Assembly (NCBI GenBank): GCA_048940925.1
Contig: JBHLOC010000024.1
Location: 1 to 64,000, forward strand
Source of the DNA: Promethearchaeota archaeon
GTDB taxonomy: Archaea; Asgardarchaeota; Lokiarchaeia; Sigyniarchaeales; SOKP01
Direction of reading: 5' to 3'
Length of the DNA stretch: 64,000 nt
Shown piece after piece: positions 22,178-33,205 of the stretch. The position numbers were made by a program, and so were the translations under genes. Numbering within the stretch: position 1 is the first letter of the stretch; each line of letters starts with the position of its first letter. The notes below the pieces were generated by a model. The model worked only from the letters and a program-made list of their open reading frames with translations. It did no database searches and was not told the DNA's origin.

Positions 22178-23002
22178 CTATCCAAGATTTTCTTTAATGA
22201 AATCCCAAATCAGATTGTTTATTATCTCTGGCGCTTCTATTGTTAAACCATGTTTCAAATTTTCAAGAATTTTTAATTTTGAGTTCGGAATTTTTTCATG
22301 TATTAATTTAGATCTGTCTGGGGGATTTCTAACATCCTTAGAACCAACTATAATTAAAGTAGGTTGTGTAATTTGATTTAATAAATCACGCGTATCGAAA
22401 TCGGCTAATGCACTAAATTGGTTAATTAAATCTTTTAATTGAGGTGCATATTCATTCGTAACCATGAAATTCATTTCTTTTTTAAGCCGTTCATACAATT
22501 CTATATCTCTTCTCAATTTTCTTTTGAAAGTAGTAGTATATAATATCGGTAAAAGTAACTTGAATCTTTGGTCAAAATTCATTTTGTCCATCTCATGATA
22601 AGCTTTAATTGTTTGATCGAATTCAATTGGACCTATGTTTGTTTCCGTCGCTATTAAGATTAAAGTTTTAACTTTTTCAGGATATTTTAAAACAAATTCT
22701 TGAGCTATTTCTCCGCCCATACTTATTCCGCAGAGATGAGCTTTTTCTTGAATGTTTAAGTAATTGAGAAGGTTTTTAGTATCCTCAACATACATATCCA
22801 TTGTATATGGATAATCTGGTCGAGAACTTTTTCCAGCTCCTCGATTATCAAAAGCTATAATGGTCATTACATTTTTAAAAAATTCAATTTGATAATTCCA
22901 CGCTTCTAATCTTGAATTTGAACCTTGAATTAAAACAAGAGGTTCTCCTACGCCCTCTTTAATATAATTAATTTCAATATCATCATACTTAAATTTTGGA
23001 AT
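22178..23002 (-). CDS. alpha/beta hydrolase
   Basis: DNRGAG and GISMGG. The N-terminal strand GEPLVLIQG lies upstream of the track start; ATT at 23002 follows GGTG. Confidence 0.9.
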   Translation of the reverse strand: MPKFKYDDIEINYIKEGVGEPLVLIQGSNSRLEAWNYQIEFFKNVMTIIAFDNRGAGKSSRPDYPYTMDMYVEDTKNLLNYLNIQEKAHLCGISMGGEIAQEFVLKYPEKVKTLILIATETNIGPIEFDQTIKAYHEMDKMNFDQRFKLLLPILYTTTFKRKLRRDIELYERLKKEMNFMVTNEYAPQLKDLINQFSALADFDTRDLLNQITQPTLIIVGSKDVRNPPDRSKLIHEKIPNSKLKILENLKHGLTIEAPEIINNLIWDFIKENLG

Positions 23003-23343
23003 ACTTAAACACCAATTTTTTCAACATTAGCTTCTAGGTGAATAAATATACAATTTTTATTTATATCATTTTCGAATTCTTAACGTTTTTAACAAATTCC
23101 GCTAATGGTTGGCACTACAAATTTAGTCTTTTTTTAATACTAATTATAAATCCTTGAATATCCAATCATGAAGACTGCTACAATAACAATCTACAAGGCA
23201 TAGTTAGAAAAACAGATGTTTTAAGTTCCCCATCAGATGTAAAATTCCAAATTCTAACTCATTTAAAATAGATAGTATAATACTAAAAAAATCCAGTATT
23301 AGTTCAAATTAACTCAAGATTTAAAAAAAAAAGGGATTTAAAA

Positions 23344-23775
23344 TTAAGGGGAGACCATTAACTGTTTCTTATCAAAATCGTCTGCATTCCCGCCTTCTTC
23401 AAGAAATTCTGCATAACTTTTTAGACTCTCTAACAGTATTTCTCCCGCCTTCGCAAGGACTCCCTCGTTTTTTTCGTCATCAAAGTCTCCCCATATTGTC
23501 GTTTCAACCATATCTCCTTTTGGGTTTAAAATATATCCCATTGAATTAAAAATTCCGCCTTCTATACTCATTGAAAATTTCTCAGGTTCTACTGTTTCAG
23601 TTCTGATTAATGTAAAATCTCCAACGGTTGACTTTACTGAAAATTTATCCTTAGAGATTTCAGTTATTTCATTTACTGGTAAAGACCATTTAGCTGAATT
23701 AGAAACATCATCTAAAATATCAAAAATCCGGTTTGGTGGTGTGTGGATTTCTATTTTCCTCTCTACATGTGGCAA
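23344..23775 (-). CDS. SRPBCC/START-like protein
   Basis: VERKIEIHTPPNRIFDILDD...W pattern. Confidence 0.75.
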   Translation of the reverse strand: MPHVERKIEIHTPPNRIFDILDDVSNSAKWSLPVNEITEISKDKFSVKSTVGDFTLIRTETVEPEKFSMSIEGGIFNSMGYILNPKGDMVETTIWGDFDDEKNEGVLAKAGEILLESLKSYAEFLEEGGNADDFDKKQLMVSP

Positions 23776-24658
23776 TTTCTCAGCCTCTCTTTTCTTTTTT
23801 GGATTAATTTTTAGGTATTATAATTTATGATAAATTCATTTATATACATTTGTGTATGAATAAGACTGAAGACGAGAAGGATAAAAAATATTAGATGTAG
23901 ATAAGCTAGATATTTTTATTCATACTAACAAAAATTTAAATAATTTCTTAAAAAAGGGATAATTGCACATTAAATTGTGGAATTAATGAGCATATATAAT
24001 GAGAAGAGAAGCTAAGGGAGTAATTTTATTAATTATTGGTTTTTTATAAAAATCAATATGATGAATCCATAAGATCTACTTTTGAAATAAAACTTATTTC
24101 TAGTGAATTCTTCTTTTATTCCTTTAAATTATTTAATAGAGCTGAAAATTTATTACTGGAAGTAATTATTTTAGCAACTAAATTGAAAGTCGTAAAAGAA
24201 TCAAATAATAAAACTTTGCATTCTAATCTTCAGGAATAAATTTTGAGGATTTTAGAAAATATAAGAAGATTTTGAAAAAATCTAAATGCTCTGCATGCTC
24301 TTGATATAATAGAAATGTATGTTGAACTTATGAAATTTAAATCTCTATCAGCTTCACTATAGAAAAATGTTTATAAGTATTTTAACAACTTTTCAAATAA
24401 AGCAATTTAATAAATCTGATAATTGATCTATTTTAACCCCCATCTTATATAATATTCATATTCATTCAATATTCTATTTGTAAATTATTATTAAATAGCA
24501 AAAATTAATAAACCCAGATGTTTCTTAAATCTAATTTACCGAATTAAATTTTCTTATCTAAATATAGTAAATTTATTTTTAATAGTTGATAATTTATTTA
24601 TAATTAAATACATTGAAATAATGATTAAATAAGAAAAATAAATAAGGAGGTAATTCCA

Positions 24659-25177
24659 ATTCCACCACATTGCGATACCTTGGATGGACCAGTTGTTATG
24701 GCTGCGAAAAAGGCCTTAAATGAAAAAATTATTAACATTATTCTTCCATGGATACCTGAAGAAGCTGAAGAAGAATTAGAACAAGTATTTAAAAAGACTC
24801 TTATTACACGGGAAAAAGGCAAAGATTCTGCTGAAATAGCAGATCGTTGGTTTTTTGAAAATGTTGTCCGATTACATAGAATGGGAGAAGGAAAAGGATT
24901 CACAGGCTTAAAACCAGCGGGATTAGATTGGGGGCCTGTTGTACCAAAGGCAGATAAAGCTATAGAACATGAAAATCCTGATGAAGTAGTTGATTTCATC
25001 AAAACAACAGTCGAAAACAAATTAAGAGAAAAATTTCAAAAAGTCATGGATAGAAAAAATTATGATAAGTACAATGTAAAAAACGCTAGAAAATATGTTC
25101 ATGCAATGTTAGATTTTATATTATTTTCAAATCATTTATATAAGTTTATCATAGCTGGAAAATCCCATGAGGATTAG
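24659..25177 (+). CDS. DUF6448-like protein
   Basis: PPHCDTLDGPVV, FFENVVRLHR.GEG..FTGLKP; likely ATT start 8 nt after GGAGG. Confidence 0.75.
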   Translation: MPPHCDTLDGPVVMAAKKALNEKIINIILPWIPEEAEEELEQVFKKTLITREKGKDSAEIADRWFFENVVRLHRMGEGKGFTGLKPAGLDWGPVVPKADKAIEHENPDEVVDFIKTTVENKLREKFQKVMDRKNYDKYNVKNARKYVHAMLDFILFSNHLYKFIIAGKSHED

Positions 25178-25209
25178 CAATTAAAAAAGTAGTTAATCTC
25201 TAAATATTT

Positions 25210-26466
25210 TTACATTTGAATTTCGATATTATTAAATATTGCACTCAAATCAATATCATCTTTTAAAAGGAAATGTTTATGGTCATCCAAATTAATATTG
25301 TTAAAGACTGCTTTTTTTAATATTGGTTTTAAAAATTTCTTATCAATATCTTTACCTAAAATTAATGCTCCTACTAGATTGTTATTTTTTAGAGTAAATT
25401 TCCTACATAAATCTTTATCAAAAGAAACCCATGAGATTTCATCAAAGTTTTTCTTTGAGTGTGTAATGCCCACAGCTATAGCAGTGAATCCAAAAATTTT
25501 AATAGTTTGAATAGGGATTGTTCCTTTATATTTAACATTCCTCCCTGTCATATTTTTTGCGGCGATTTTACCTTGCGTTTTCGCATTTCCCCAAGTAGGG
25601 TGAAGTATTGGTTTATCATAAAGAGGGTCATAAATTTGAGCAACGTCACCTGCAGCAAAAATATTTGAGATATTGGTTCGCATAAACATATCCACTAATA
25701 TCCCCTTTTCTGTTTCAACACCACTTTCCTTAAGAAAATCGATATTAGGGTTTATCCCAATTGTTATAACTGCTAAATCTGCAGCAATTTCTCGTCCACT
25801 CTTTAAAACCACGGAAGATAATTTTTTATTTTCACCCTTAAATTCAACAACTTCTTCATTTAAATACACATTAACTCCATGTTCTTTTATCTGTTTTTCC
25901 ACAATTCGAGCAACTTTTCTATCAAAACCGATTGGCCATAAATGAGATGCTTTTTCTATAATTGAGATTTTTAAGCCAATCTTTTTAAGATTTTGAATGA
26001 CTTTCATAGCAATGGACCCTCCTCCGATTATAACAGCATTTTTAGCATAACAAGCTTGTTTCGCAACTTTTTTGGCATCATCAAGTCTATAGAGAGTGGA
26101 AACTCCTTCAAGTTCGATCCCCCTCCACTGTAGTGTTCTAGGACTACCACCTGACGCTATTAAAAGAAAATCATAATCCAAAATTTCTCCATTTTTTAAT
26201 AGAATTTGTTGTGTTTCGGGAAGAACTTTTTTAACATCCTTATAAATAAAATTAATATTATTTTTATCATAGATTTTTTTCCCTTTTAAAAATAGCTCAT
26301 CTTCAGAACAACTTGCTGAAACTAAATTGATAATTTTACTTCTTTTATAGAATTGATAATTCTCATTAGAGATTAGAAAAATATCTGCCTTTGAATCTAA
26401 TTTCCTTATTTCTAATGCCGCTGTAGCACCCGCTGGACCTCCACCAATAATAACATATCGAGTTAT
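25210..26466 (-). CDS. FAD/NAD(P)-dependent oxidoreductase (NADH oxidase / rubredoxin reductase / NirB N-terminal-like)
   Basis: First dinucleotide motif YVIIGGGPAG lies about 90 codons upstream of the track start; second IIGGGSI; FAAGDVA. Likely ATA start at 26466. Confidence 0.88.
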   Translation of the reverse strand: MTRYVIIGGGPAGATAALEIRKLDSKADIFLISNENYQFYKRSKIINLVSASCSEDELFLKGKKIYDKNNINFIYKDVKKVLPETQQILLKNGEILDYDFLLIASGGSPRTLQWRGIELEGVSTLYRLDDAKKVAKQACYAKNAVIIGGGSIAMKVIQNLKKIGLKISIIEKASHLWPIGFDRKVARIVEKQIKEHGVNVYLNEEVVEFKGENKKLSSVVLKSGREIAADLAVITIGINPNIDFLKESGVETEKGILVDMFMRTNISNIFAAGDVAQIYDPLYDKPILHPTWGNAKTQGKIAAKNMTGRNVKYKGTIPIQTIKIFGFTAIAVGITHSKKNFDEISWVSFDKDLCRKFTLKNNNLVGALILGKDIDKKFLKPILKKAVFNNINLDDHKHFLLKDDIDLSAIFNNIEIQM

Positions 26467-26939
26467 TTTATTATCAACTCAATTCATAATTTTTTTATTA
26501 TTTTAATGATCTAACATTCTAGACAATTCTTAAGATTAAAATCTAAGGATTAAAATACATTAAATTCTAACAAGTTTATATTTCAAAATTATTTTAATTT
26601 GAAGCAAATACATTTAAAATATAAATTTCGTTAAATAATTTTTTCATACAGAATTTAATTTTTGAATTTGATTTAAAAATCTAAAATTCACTAAAATTCT
26701 GACTAATATTATTGAGTAATATGTTATTTGAAATTTTGGCGTTTCATGATTGAGGACAAAATCCATAATTAACAAGACAAGAGCTTCCTCTATATGCCTT
26801 TCATAAGCAAGTCATGGGAGGATTTTTAAAAACTTTAGAATTTAAGCTCAATACCGAAGCAGATCCAATGGATTTTCTAATTTTGTTTACTTTCATTAAG
26901 TATCACTTCAATAGCTTTAAGAAAGAATAATTCAAATCT

Positions 26940-28085
26940 CTAAACTGCCATGTATGCTTCGTTTATAGCGGAACAACCCCCACATCTCACGCATCCGGCT
27001 TTATGTTCAAGGGGATTGACGTTAAATTCTTTCATCATTTTTGCCGCTTTTTGGTAAATAAAGATCAGATCTTCTTGATTAGGGACAGTTAAAAGCGATT
27101 TCTTTCCTGGAATTGCTCTAACAGGTGTTATATAGGGAATGACTCCTAGAGCAATGATTGCTTCCATATCCTCAATAAATTCATCATTATTTTTTCTAAA
27201 TCCATATAGAAGGTAAGTTTCTACTTGATTTTTCCCAAAGACTTCAATAGCTTCCTTCCAATTATCTTCAAACGTCATATATGGGATCTTGCTTTTTCCC
27301 GGAGTAAATATTTTTCTCAAGCTTTCCTTAATCAACTCAATGTGGATCCCAATAGTATCTGCGCCAGCTTCTTTTAATAACTGAATATACTTTAAGTCCT
27401 TCATAGGCTCAATCTGGATGTGAATGGGGATATCTGGATGATTATTTCTAATTCCATTTAAGAGTTTAATGTACTTTTTTGAACCTTTATCTTCATCATT
27501 TACGGTTCCTGTCGTTAAAGTAATGTGTTTGCATCTATTTTCTCTCTTGGCTGCTGAGATTACTTCTGATAACTGTTGAGAATTTTTTTCAAGGATTGTC
27601 GTCTCTTGTTTGAGACTCAATTCGATGCCACAAAACTTACAAGCTTCTCCACAAGCCCAATATCTACATTTTTGATAAATTGTGCTTGCCAAACAATCTA
27701 TTCCATGCACTAAGGCAATTTTCTCCATCGGTACATTGTCAGAAGTCTTTAAATCATAAAATCTTGGATTTTCGACTAACTTCAATGTATTAAATGATTC
27801 ATTATAATTTTTATCATAAACATTGAAATAAGGACCTTCCAAGTGTCTTAACTCTAAATCTGACGAATAATGGATTCCATCCTTCAAGGGAACATTGACT
27901 AGAGTTGAATCATCACTTAGAATGAAATATCTCCCGCCTAATGGTCCTGCTCCCCCTTTTCGTCCAAAATCTATGTCGAAATCTACCAACTTCCTTGAAT
28001 CAAACGTTTTTTCCGTTAAATTAACGCCCTTTAGTAATAATGCGGTTTTTTTACGAAAGATTTGAATTTTATTGATACATTCCAT
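26940..28085 (-). CDS. radical SAM protein resembling the MSMEG_0568 family
   Basis: CRYWACGEACKFC (includes CxxxCxxC) and C-terminal AGCVRCGGCSA. Confidence 0.8.
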   Translation of the reverse strand: MECINKIQIFRKKTALLLKGVNLTEKTFDSRKLVDFDIDFGRKGGAGPLGGRYFILSDDSTLVNVPLKDGIHYSSDLELRHLEGPYFNVYDKNYNESFNTLKLVENPRFYDLKTSDNVPMEKIALVHGIDCLASTIYQKCRYWACGEACKFCGIELSLKQETTILEKNSQQLSEVISAAKRENRCKHITLTTGTVNDEDKGSKKYIKLLNGIRNNHPDIPIHIQIEPMKDLKYIQLLKEAGADTIGIHIELIKESLRKIFTPGKSKIPYMTFEDNWKEAIEVFGKNQVETYLLYGFRKNNDEFIEDMEAIIALGVIPYITPVRAIPGKKSLLTVPNQEDLIFIYQKAAKMMKEFNVNPLEHKAGCVRCGGCSAINEAYMAV

Positions 28086-28149
28086 TGAGTGAAATAAAAA
28101 AATTATGTCTTTAAATTTATTCTGGCAATTATTGCACTTTTTTAAGACT

Positions 28150-28400
28150 TAAATCATAAAATCTTAATGCTTTTATCTCTATTATAGGTTTTATTAACTT
28201 TATCTTCCTTGAATACCCCTTAAACTTTTAACTAATACAGCTTTTTTAAATCCAAAAGAAACTTTTCTAGAAAATTTTGAGGGATACTTTGCGCCTTAGC
28301 AATAGGTTTTATCTGAATATAACCTTTAAGCTGATTTTTTTACCAACTCAAACATTGTTGTTAATCCATAATTGATTTTTTCTGAAAATAAATTATATAC
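28150..28400 (-). pseudogene. degraded Rrf2 (IscR/CymR-like) regulator
   Basis: Across frameshifts reads FSEKINYGLTTMFEL / KGYIQIKPIAKAQSIPQNFLEKFLLDLKK / AVLVKSLRGIQG, then stops. Confidence 0.72.
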
Positions 28401-28484
28401 CTTATCCATAATGTTCATATATGATTTCAAAATCATCTTTTTCTATTTATCAATTAATTTTCGTTTATTCTCCAATTTGCTTCC

Positions 28485-29465
28485 TCATTTTTGTATATTT
28501 AAAACTATTGATTTAAATTTACAAAAGATACATATATCCTGTTTACTTGGATAACCACATTTAACACAATCTTTCAAAGTTTTTTCATCTCCCGTAAAGT
28601 GAAGTTTAGAAAGCAAAACTAAATCATTATACAAATTAGATTCGATTTCTGGAAGATCTTGCTTACAATCTTGAATAAAATTTAAAACTCTCCGACGTAA
28701 AATTGGTTCTTTAACAGAATAAGGACAATGGGATGGATAATAAGGGATTTGTTTAATATTGATATACAAAAAGATATCCTCTTCAGGAATTTCCATGAGT
28801 GGTTTTATCCTTTTAGGAAATATACTTTTAAATTTGGTTTGGGAGATCTTTTCTGGATTTTGACCTGAAATTAATCCTAACCTATTATGAAGAATATTCA
28901 TTATGAAAGTTTCAGAAATATCAGTTAAGTTGTGCCCTAAAGCTAAAACTGTTCCTCCTAATTCTTTAACTCCTTCATTTAATAATCTTCTTCTAAAAAT
29001 GGCGCAATAATTGCATAAATATCTGGAATTTTCCAATTTATTTTTAAGAAGAAAAATTTCATCTATGGATTTTCCAATTCTTTCCTTAAAAGAAATAATT
29101 TTAAAATTTATATCATTTTTTTTACAAAATTTTTTTCCTAAGGCGACACTTCTATTTCTATATCCTTTTATACCCTCATCTATTATTAAAGCTGTGATTG
29201 GTTTGGATAACTCCCCGTCCTTATATAAGATATTTAGATAATGGAGTAAAGTCATCGAATCTTTACCACCAGATAAACCGACGACAATTTTATCTTTCTT
29301 CTTAAACAAATGATATTTAGAAATTGTTTTGGATATTTTAGCTTCTATTTCTTTAATAAAACAGTCTATACATAATTTTTTCTGAGATGATTTACGAAAA
29401 ATAATTGCGGGTTCACTACAGAAAGTACATATCCCTATTTTTAAATAAATTTTGAAAGAACTCAT
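28485..29465 (-). CDS. tRNA 2-thiolation protein, TtuA/Ncs6 family
   Basis: N- and C-terminal CxxC pairs, PP-loop SGGKDS, CNYC, GHNLTD and CPY. Confidence 0.88.
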   Translation of the reverse strand: MSSFKIYLKIGICTFCSEPAIIFRKSSQKKLCIDCFIKEIEAKISKTISKYHLFKKKDKIVVGLSGGKDSMTLLHYLNILYKDGELSKPITALIIDEGIKGYRNRSVALGKKFCKKNDINFKIISFKERIGKSIDEIFLLKNKLENSRYLCNYCAIFRRRLLNEGVKELGGTVLALGHNLTDISETFIMNILHNRLGLISGQNPEKISQTKFKSIFPKRIKPLMEIPEEDIFLYINIKQIPYYPSHCPYSVKEPILRRRVLNFIQDCKQDLPEIESNLYNDLVLLSKLHFTGDEKTLKDCVKCGYPSKQDICIFCKFKSIVLNIQK

Positions 29466-29809
29466 CTATAAATTAACTATACAAGTTTCTTAATTTGTCT
29501 ATACTAATTTTTTTCCGTAATCATTGCTATAAAGTAATAGAAATAAAAATATTGTCATAAATCCTTTATCTTATGAATAATAAAGAAATTATAAATTTGG
29601 ATGCAATTTTTACATCCTTTGAGATAGAAAACCTATTTTGAACTCTTATTATTTATACTCCTATAATATTTACATCATGTTCGTATTTAAGTCTCTGATA
29701 AATCTTTAAAGGAATAAAATTAATCTCTATAAAAAAAGAGTCACAACAATTTTAATGACTCCATAAGAGAATTATTTAAAATCTAAAGTTAAAAAATTTT
29801 TTAAGAATT

Positions 29810-30736
29810 TTATATCATTTGATGGTATTTTTCTTTTTTCAAATCTCTTAAAGCTATTACCAATTTAGAACGATTCCATAATTTCAATGAGATACTTCCT
29901 ATTAACAGTAGCATTCCGGGGTATATTAGAATTTCTAGTAAGGAAGGATTTGCGTTGTATCCAAATAGTACTTTTAATAGAGATCCGATTATCTCAAGCC
30001 ACTCTGGAGTTCTAGGATTTCCGTCAGGAAAATTTTCTGGTAAAATTTGTTTAATATTCCATACTTCTTCTATTATGGGATTTATTATATTAGCTTCTAT
30101 TAATTCATGAATTCCGTATGTGATTAGACCAGCAGCAAATAATATGAGCATTACATTCGATATCTTAAAAAATTTTGAAAAATTAATTGTTCTGATCCCG
30201 TAAAACAGAAGTAAACCGATAGCTATAGAAATTCCAAATCCAATTGAGGATCCAGAGATAACACCTATTTGATTAAGAGAACCTACTGATGATACACCTA
30301 TTAATAGTAATACTAATTCAATTCCCTCTCTTATGATTATTATATATGTGAGAATAGTAATTGAAAAAATTTTTCCTGTTTCAATTGAAAACTTAACCTT
30401 CTCTTCTAGATGTGTCTTCATTTTAGGACCTTCATTGCTCATCCATAAAACTAAGGTTATTATAAATATTCCAGAAATTATAAAAGTAAATCCTTCAAAA
30501 ATTTGCTCTATAATGCCCGTGAATCCGCCAAATATTAATGTGAAGACAATTGCAAATATTATACTTGAAATAATCGCTAGAATAGCACCAAGATAGACGA
30601 ATTTATAATAAAAACGCTGATCTGTATTTTTTAAATATAAGAGTATAATAACAATTACTAAAACTGCCTCTAATCCTTCACGAAATGCTAAAAACGTTGG
30701 AACTAATAAATCCACAAATGATACCTGTAAAATCAA
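29810..30736 (-). CDS. FTR1/EfeU-family iron permease
   Basis: Two REGxE motifs (REGLE, REGIE), GIHE and LFGY. Confidence 0.92.
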   Translation of the reverse strand: MILQVSFVDLLVPTFLAFREGLEAVLVIVIILLYLKNTDQRFYYKFVYLGAILAIISSIIFAIVFTLIFGGFTGIIEQIFEGFTFIISGIFIITLVLWMSNEGPKMKTHLEEKVKFSIETGKIFSITILTYIIIIREGIELVLLLIGVSSVGSLNQIGVISGSSIGFGISIAIGLLLFYGIRTINFSKFFKISNVMLILFAAGLITYGIHELIEANIINPIIEEVWNIKQILPENFPDGNPRTPEWLEIIGSLLKVLFGYNANPSLLEILIYPGMLLLIGSISLKLWNRSKLVIALRDLKKEKYHQMI

Positions 30737-30773
30737 TATGATTACCTTTTATTATTCATATTTTCTAATGTTA

Positions 30774-30787
30774 TTAGTTATATCTAA
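30774..30787. promoter_or_regulatory. TTAG-N6-CTAA palindrome upstream of FTR1 (candidate DtxR-family metal operator)
   Basis: TTAGTTATATCTAA; second copy at 30941-30954. Confidence 0.45.
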
Positions 30788-30940
30788 CATTACTGATATA
30801 ATTCTAAACGAGATTCTTTAATTTTTACTATTCTCTTCCAATTTTGATTAAAATAAAATTATTTAATATAATTTTCTTTTTCTATTGTTTATATTATAAT
30901 TTTATTCCAAAAAATAATTATCTGATATCATTTTTAAATT

Positions 30941-30954
30941 TTAGGGTTAACTAA
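30941..30954. promoter_or_regulatory. second TTAG-N6-CTAA palindrome upstream of FTR1
   Basis: TTAGGGTTAACTAA. Confidence 0.45.
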
Positions 30955-31191
30955 TAAAAGTAATTTAATTTTTTAATCTGACAATCAAAATTAATAAAAA
31001 GTAAAAGATATAAGAGGAATTACAAAACTATAATATTATCTAAACTAAAAATATTGAAAATCCGATAATATTTATAAATATATATTGTACTCCCTTGAGC
31101 TTGATCTTACAACAAAAGAAGGAATGCTCAAAGTCAAAATACTATCTTTTTAATTCCTGCCTCAATCAAATTATGATCATATCTTTTATTC

Positions 31192-31297
31192 TGATTAAGG
31201 ATATCATTGAAATCACAACTGAGAAAAAGTTGATTATAATTTCTACGGTTTCATTATCTATATAATCGTAGATATATTTCCTCATATAATTTAATTC
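31192..31297. repeat. dispersed ~110-bp intergenic repeat, copy 1
   Basis: Exact 29-mer TAGATATATTTCCTCATATAATTTAATTC (31269-31297) plus TGATTAAGGATAT shared with 49929-50041. Confidence 0.8.
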
Positions 31298-31456
31298 ATT
31301 GGAAAAAAAAAAATATAAGTAATCAAGAAGTTGAATTTTAATATCATAAATCGGGATTTAGAAATCTGGAAGCAATACTAGGTTATTTTTATTCCAGATT
31401 ATGAAGCAATAGTAAAGAAAGGACTTAAATAAAGATACAAAAAAGCTCGAAAAACC

Positions 31457-32650
31457 ATGAAAGATTTAAAATACAGATTTTTTCCTGTGCTTGCTTTAGG
31501 ATTTTTTAGAGTTGCTAATGTTACATCAATCAGTCTGGCAATTCCTTTATATTACTATCAACTCGGATATCCTCCCAGTATGATTGGTCTAATTAGTTCT
31601 GCTTTAACATTTACATACATTTTTTCGCCTTTAATATTCAAAAATATACCTGACCGTCTTGGTAAAAAGAAATCTCTGGTAATTTCCGTTGGAGCTATAT
31701 TCTTGATTCAAACTGTGTTTCAATTCTCTTTGGAACCGCTTCTTTTTTCCGTTTTAAGGATGGCAGAAGGGATTTTTCTAGGTTTGTTTTGGCCAGCTCT
31801 TGGCGCCTCTATCTCATCAATCTCAGCCATGGATGAGGTAAAATATAATGATTTATTAAAAGATAAAATAATGAAGAATTATAGCTTATCTTGGAATTTG
31901 GGGGGAATATTTAGCTTTCTTCTTGGAACATTCGTATTATTTGTAATATCAGACCTCAACTTAATTTTTGATTTTACATTGATATTCATGGGAATAGCAT
32001 TTATAGCTTCACTACTTTTTATTGAACCTACTAATAATGGTAAAGAGAATGAAAATTTTGTTCCTTTGAATGTAAAGAAAATTAATAACGTAGCAAGGGA
32101 ATATATCAAGTTTCCCTTATACATTCCTTTATTTATTTTAATCATATATGGATTCTTATCAAATGCTTATACTTTTCTTTATCCGCTAAAATCTGAGTAT
32201 CTTGGATTTCCATTATTTACAAATTATTTTATTATTTTTATTTTAAGCACTTCAAGATTGATTTTTATCGCCAAATTTATGACTTTATCAATCCAACATC
32301 TTAAAAAATTTGTTATCTCTTCTCTTTGCATTCTTATTATTGTTTTCGTACTAATGGGTATTAGCCAAAATTTAATTATCTTTGGTATTCTTTCTGGAGT
32401 TATTGGATTTTGTCTCTCCATTCTCTATTGTCTATCATTTAAATTAATAATGTTCAAAAATATCGCACAAAATACTTCAAAATATAGTTCTTATTTTGAA
32501 AGCACTCTAGGATTTAGCTTCTTTCTAGGTCCCGTTATATCTGGATTTATAGCAGGTACCAGTATAGATATTGGTTATTTCTTTTTAACTGTCCTCTCGA
32601 TGATCGCTTTCATTATATTCATTATTTTAAAAAATAAGATTGAAAGTTGA
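31457..32650 (+). CDS. MFS transporter
   Basis: About 12 TM helices; motif A-like PDRLGKK; RMAEG. Confidence 0.88.
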   Translation: MKDLKYRFFPVLALGFFRVANVTSISLAIPLYYYQLGYPPSMIGLISSALTFTYIFSPLIFKNIPDRLGKKKSLVISVGAIFLIQTVFQFSLEPLLFSVLRMAEGIFLGLFWPALGASISSISAMDEVKYNDLLKDKIMKNYSLSWNLGGIFSFLLGTFVLFVISDLNLIFDFTLIFMGIAFIASLLFIEPTNNGKENENFVPLNVKKINNVAREYIKFPLYIPLFILIIYGFLSNAYTFLYPLKSEYLGFPLFTNYFIIFILSTSRLIFIAKFMTLSIQHLKKFVISSLCILIIVFVLMGISQNLIIFGILSGVIGFCLSILYCLSFKLIMFKNIAQNTSKYSSYFESTLGFSFFLGPVISGFIAGTSIDIGYFFLTVLSMIAFIIFIILKNKIES

Positions 32651-32806
32651 TCTATTTTTCAAAATAGCCATCTCCTAATTAATTAACTGCTCAGACCAAC
32701 TATCAATCAAATTAAATATTTTAAAAAATATAATCCAAAGATATATTAAAGTAATAAATAAATTCATGGGTAATATTACTCAATATTTAGATAATTTCGA
32801 AGAACT

Positions 32807-33199
32807 ATGATTGAAATAAAAACCCATCAACAAATAAATCAAAGTTATAGTGGAATTCCATTGGTATTAAGAAAGAATTATAGTAAAGTGCAATTAAAGA
32901 CAACAAAAGAAATGATATTAGATAATAGTGGATTGATTCACGGAGGTTTTATATTTAGTTTAGCGGATTACGCTGCAATGTTAGCAATTAACCATCCTTT
33001 TGTTGTTTTAGGTGGTGCTAACGTGAGATTCCTCTTGCCCGTAAAAATTGGTGATATAATTATTGCAGAAAGTAAAGTGGCTCAAATAAAAGGTAAAAAA
33101 CATATTGTTGATGTCATAATACAGAGAAATACAGATATAATTTTTAAAGGTGAATTTTATTGTTTTATTCCGCAAAAACATATTTTAGAGAGGAACTAG
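32807..33199 (+). CDS. PaaI/hotdog-fold thioesterase
   Basis: [13 protein letters not shown] and FLLPVKIGD. Confidence 0.88.
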   Translation: MIEIKTHQQINQSYSGIPLVLRKNYSKVQLKTTKEMILDNSGLIHGGFIFSLADYAAMLAINHPFVVLGGANVRFLLPVKIGDIIIAESKVAQIKGKKHIVDVIIQRNTDIIFKGEFYCFIPQKHILERN

Positions 33200-33205
33200 A
33201 GAATC

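Noticed and set aside
24036-24239. 67-aa ORF
   Set aside because: No motif or RBS; may be a decayed fragment.
28372-28554. 60-aa plus-strand ORF
   Set aside because: Antisense to the TtuA end and the Rrf2 remnant.
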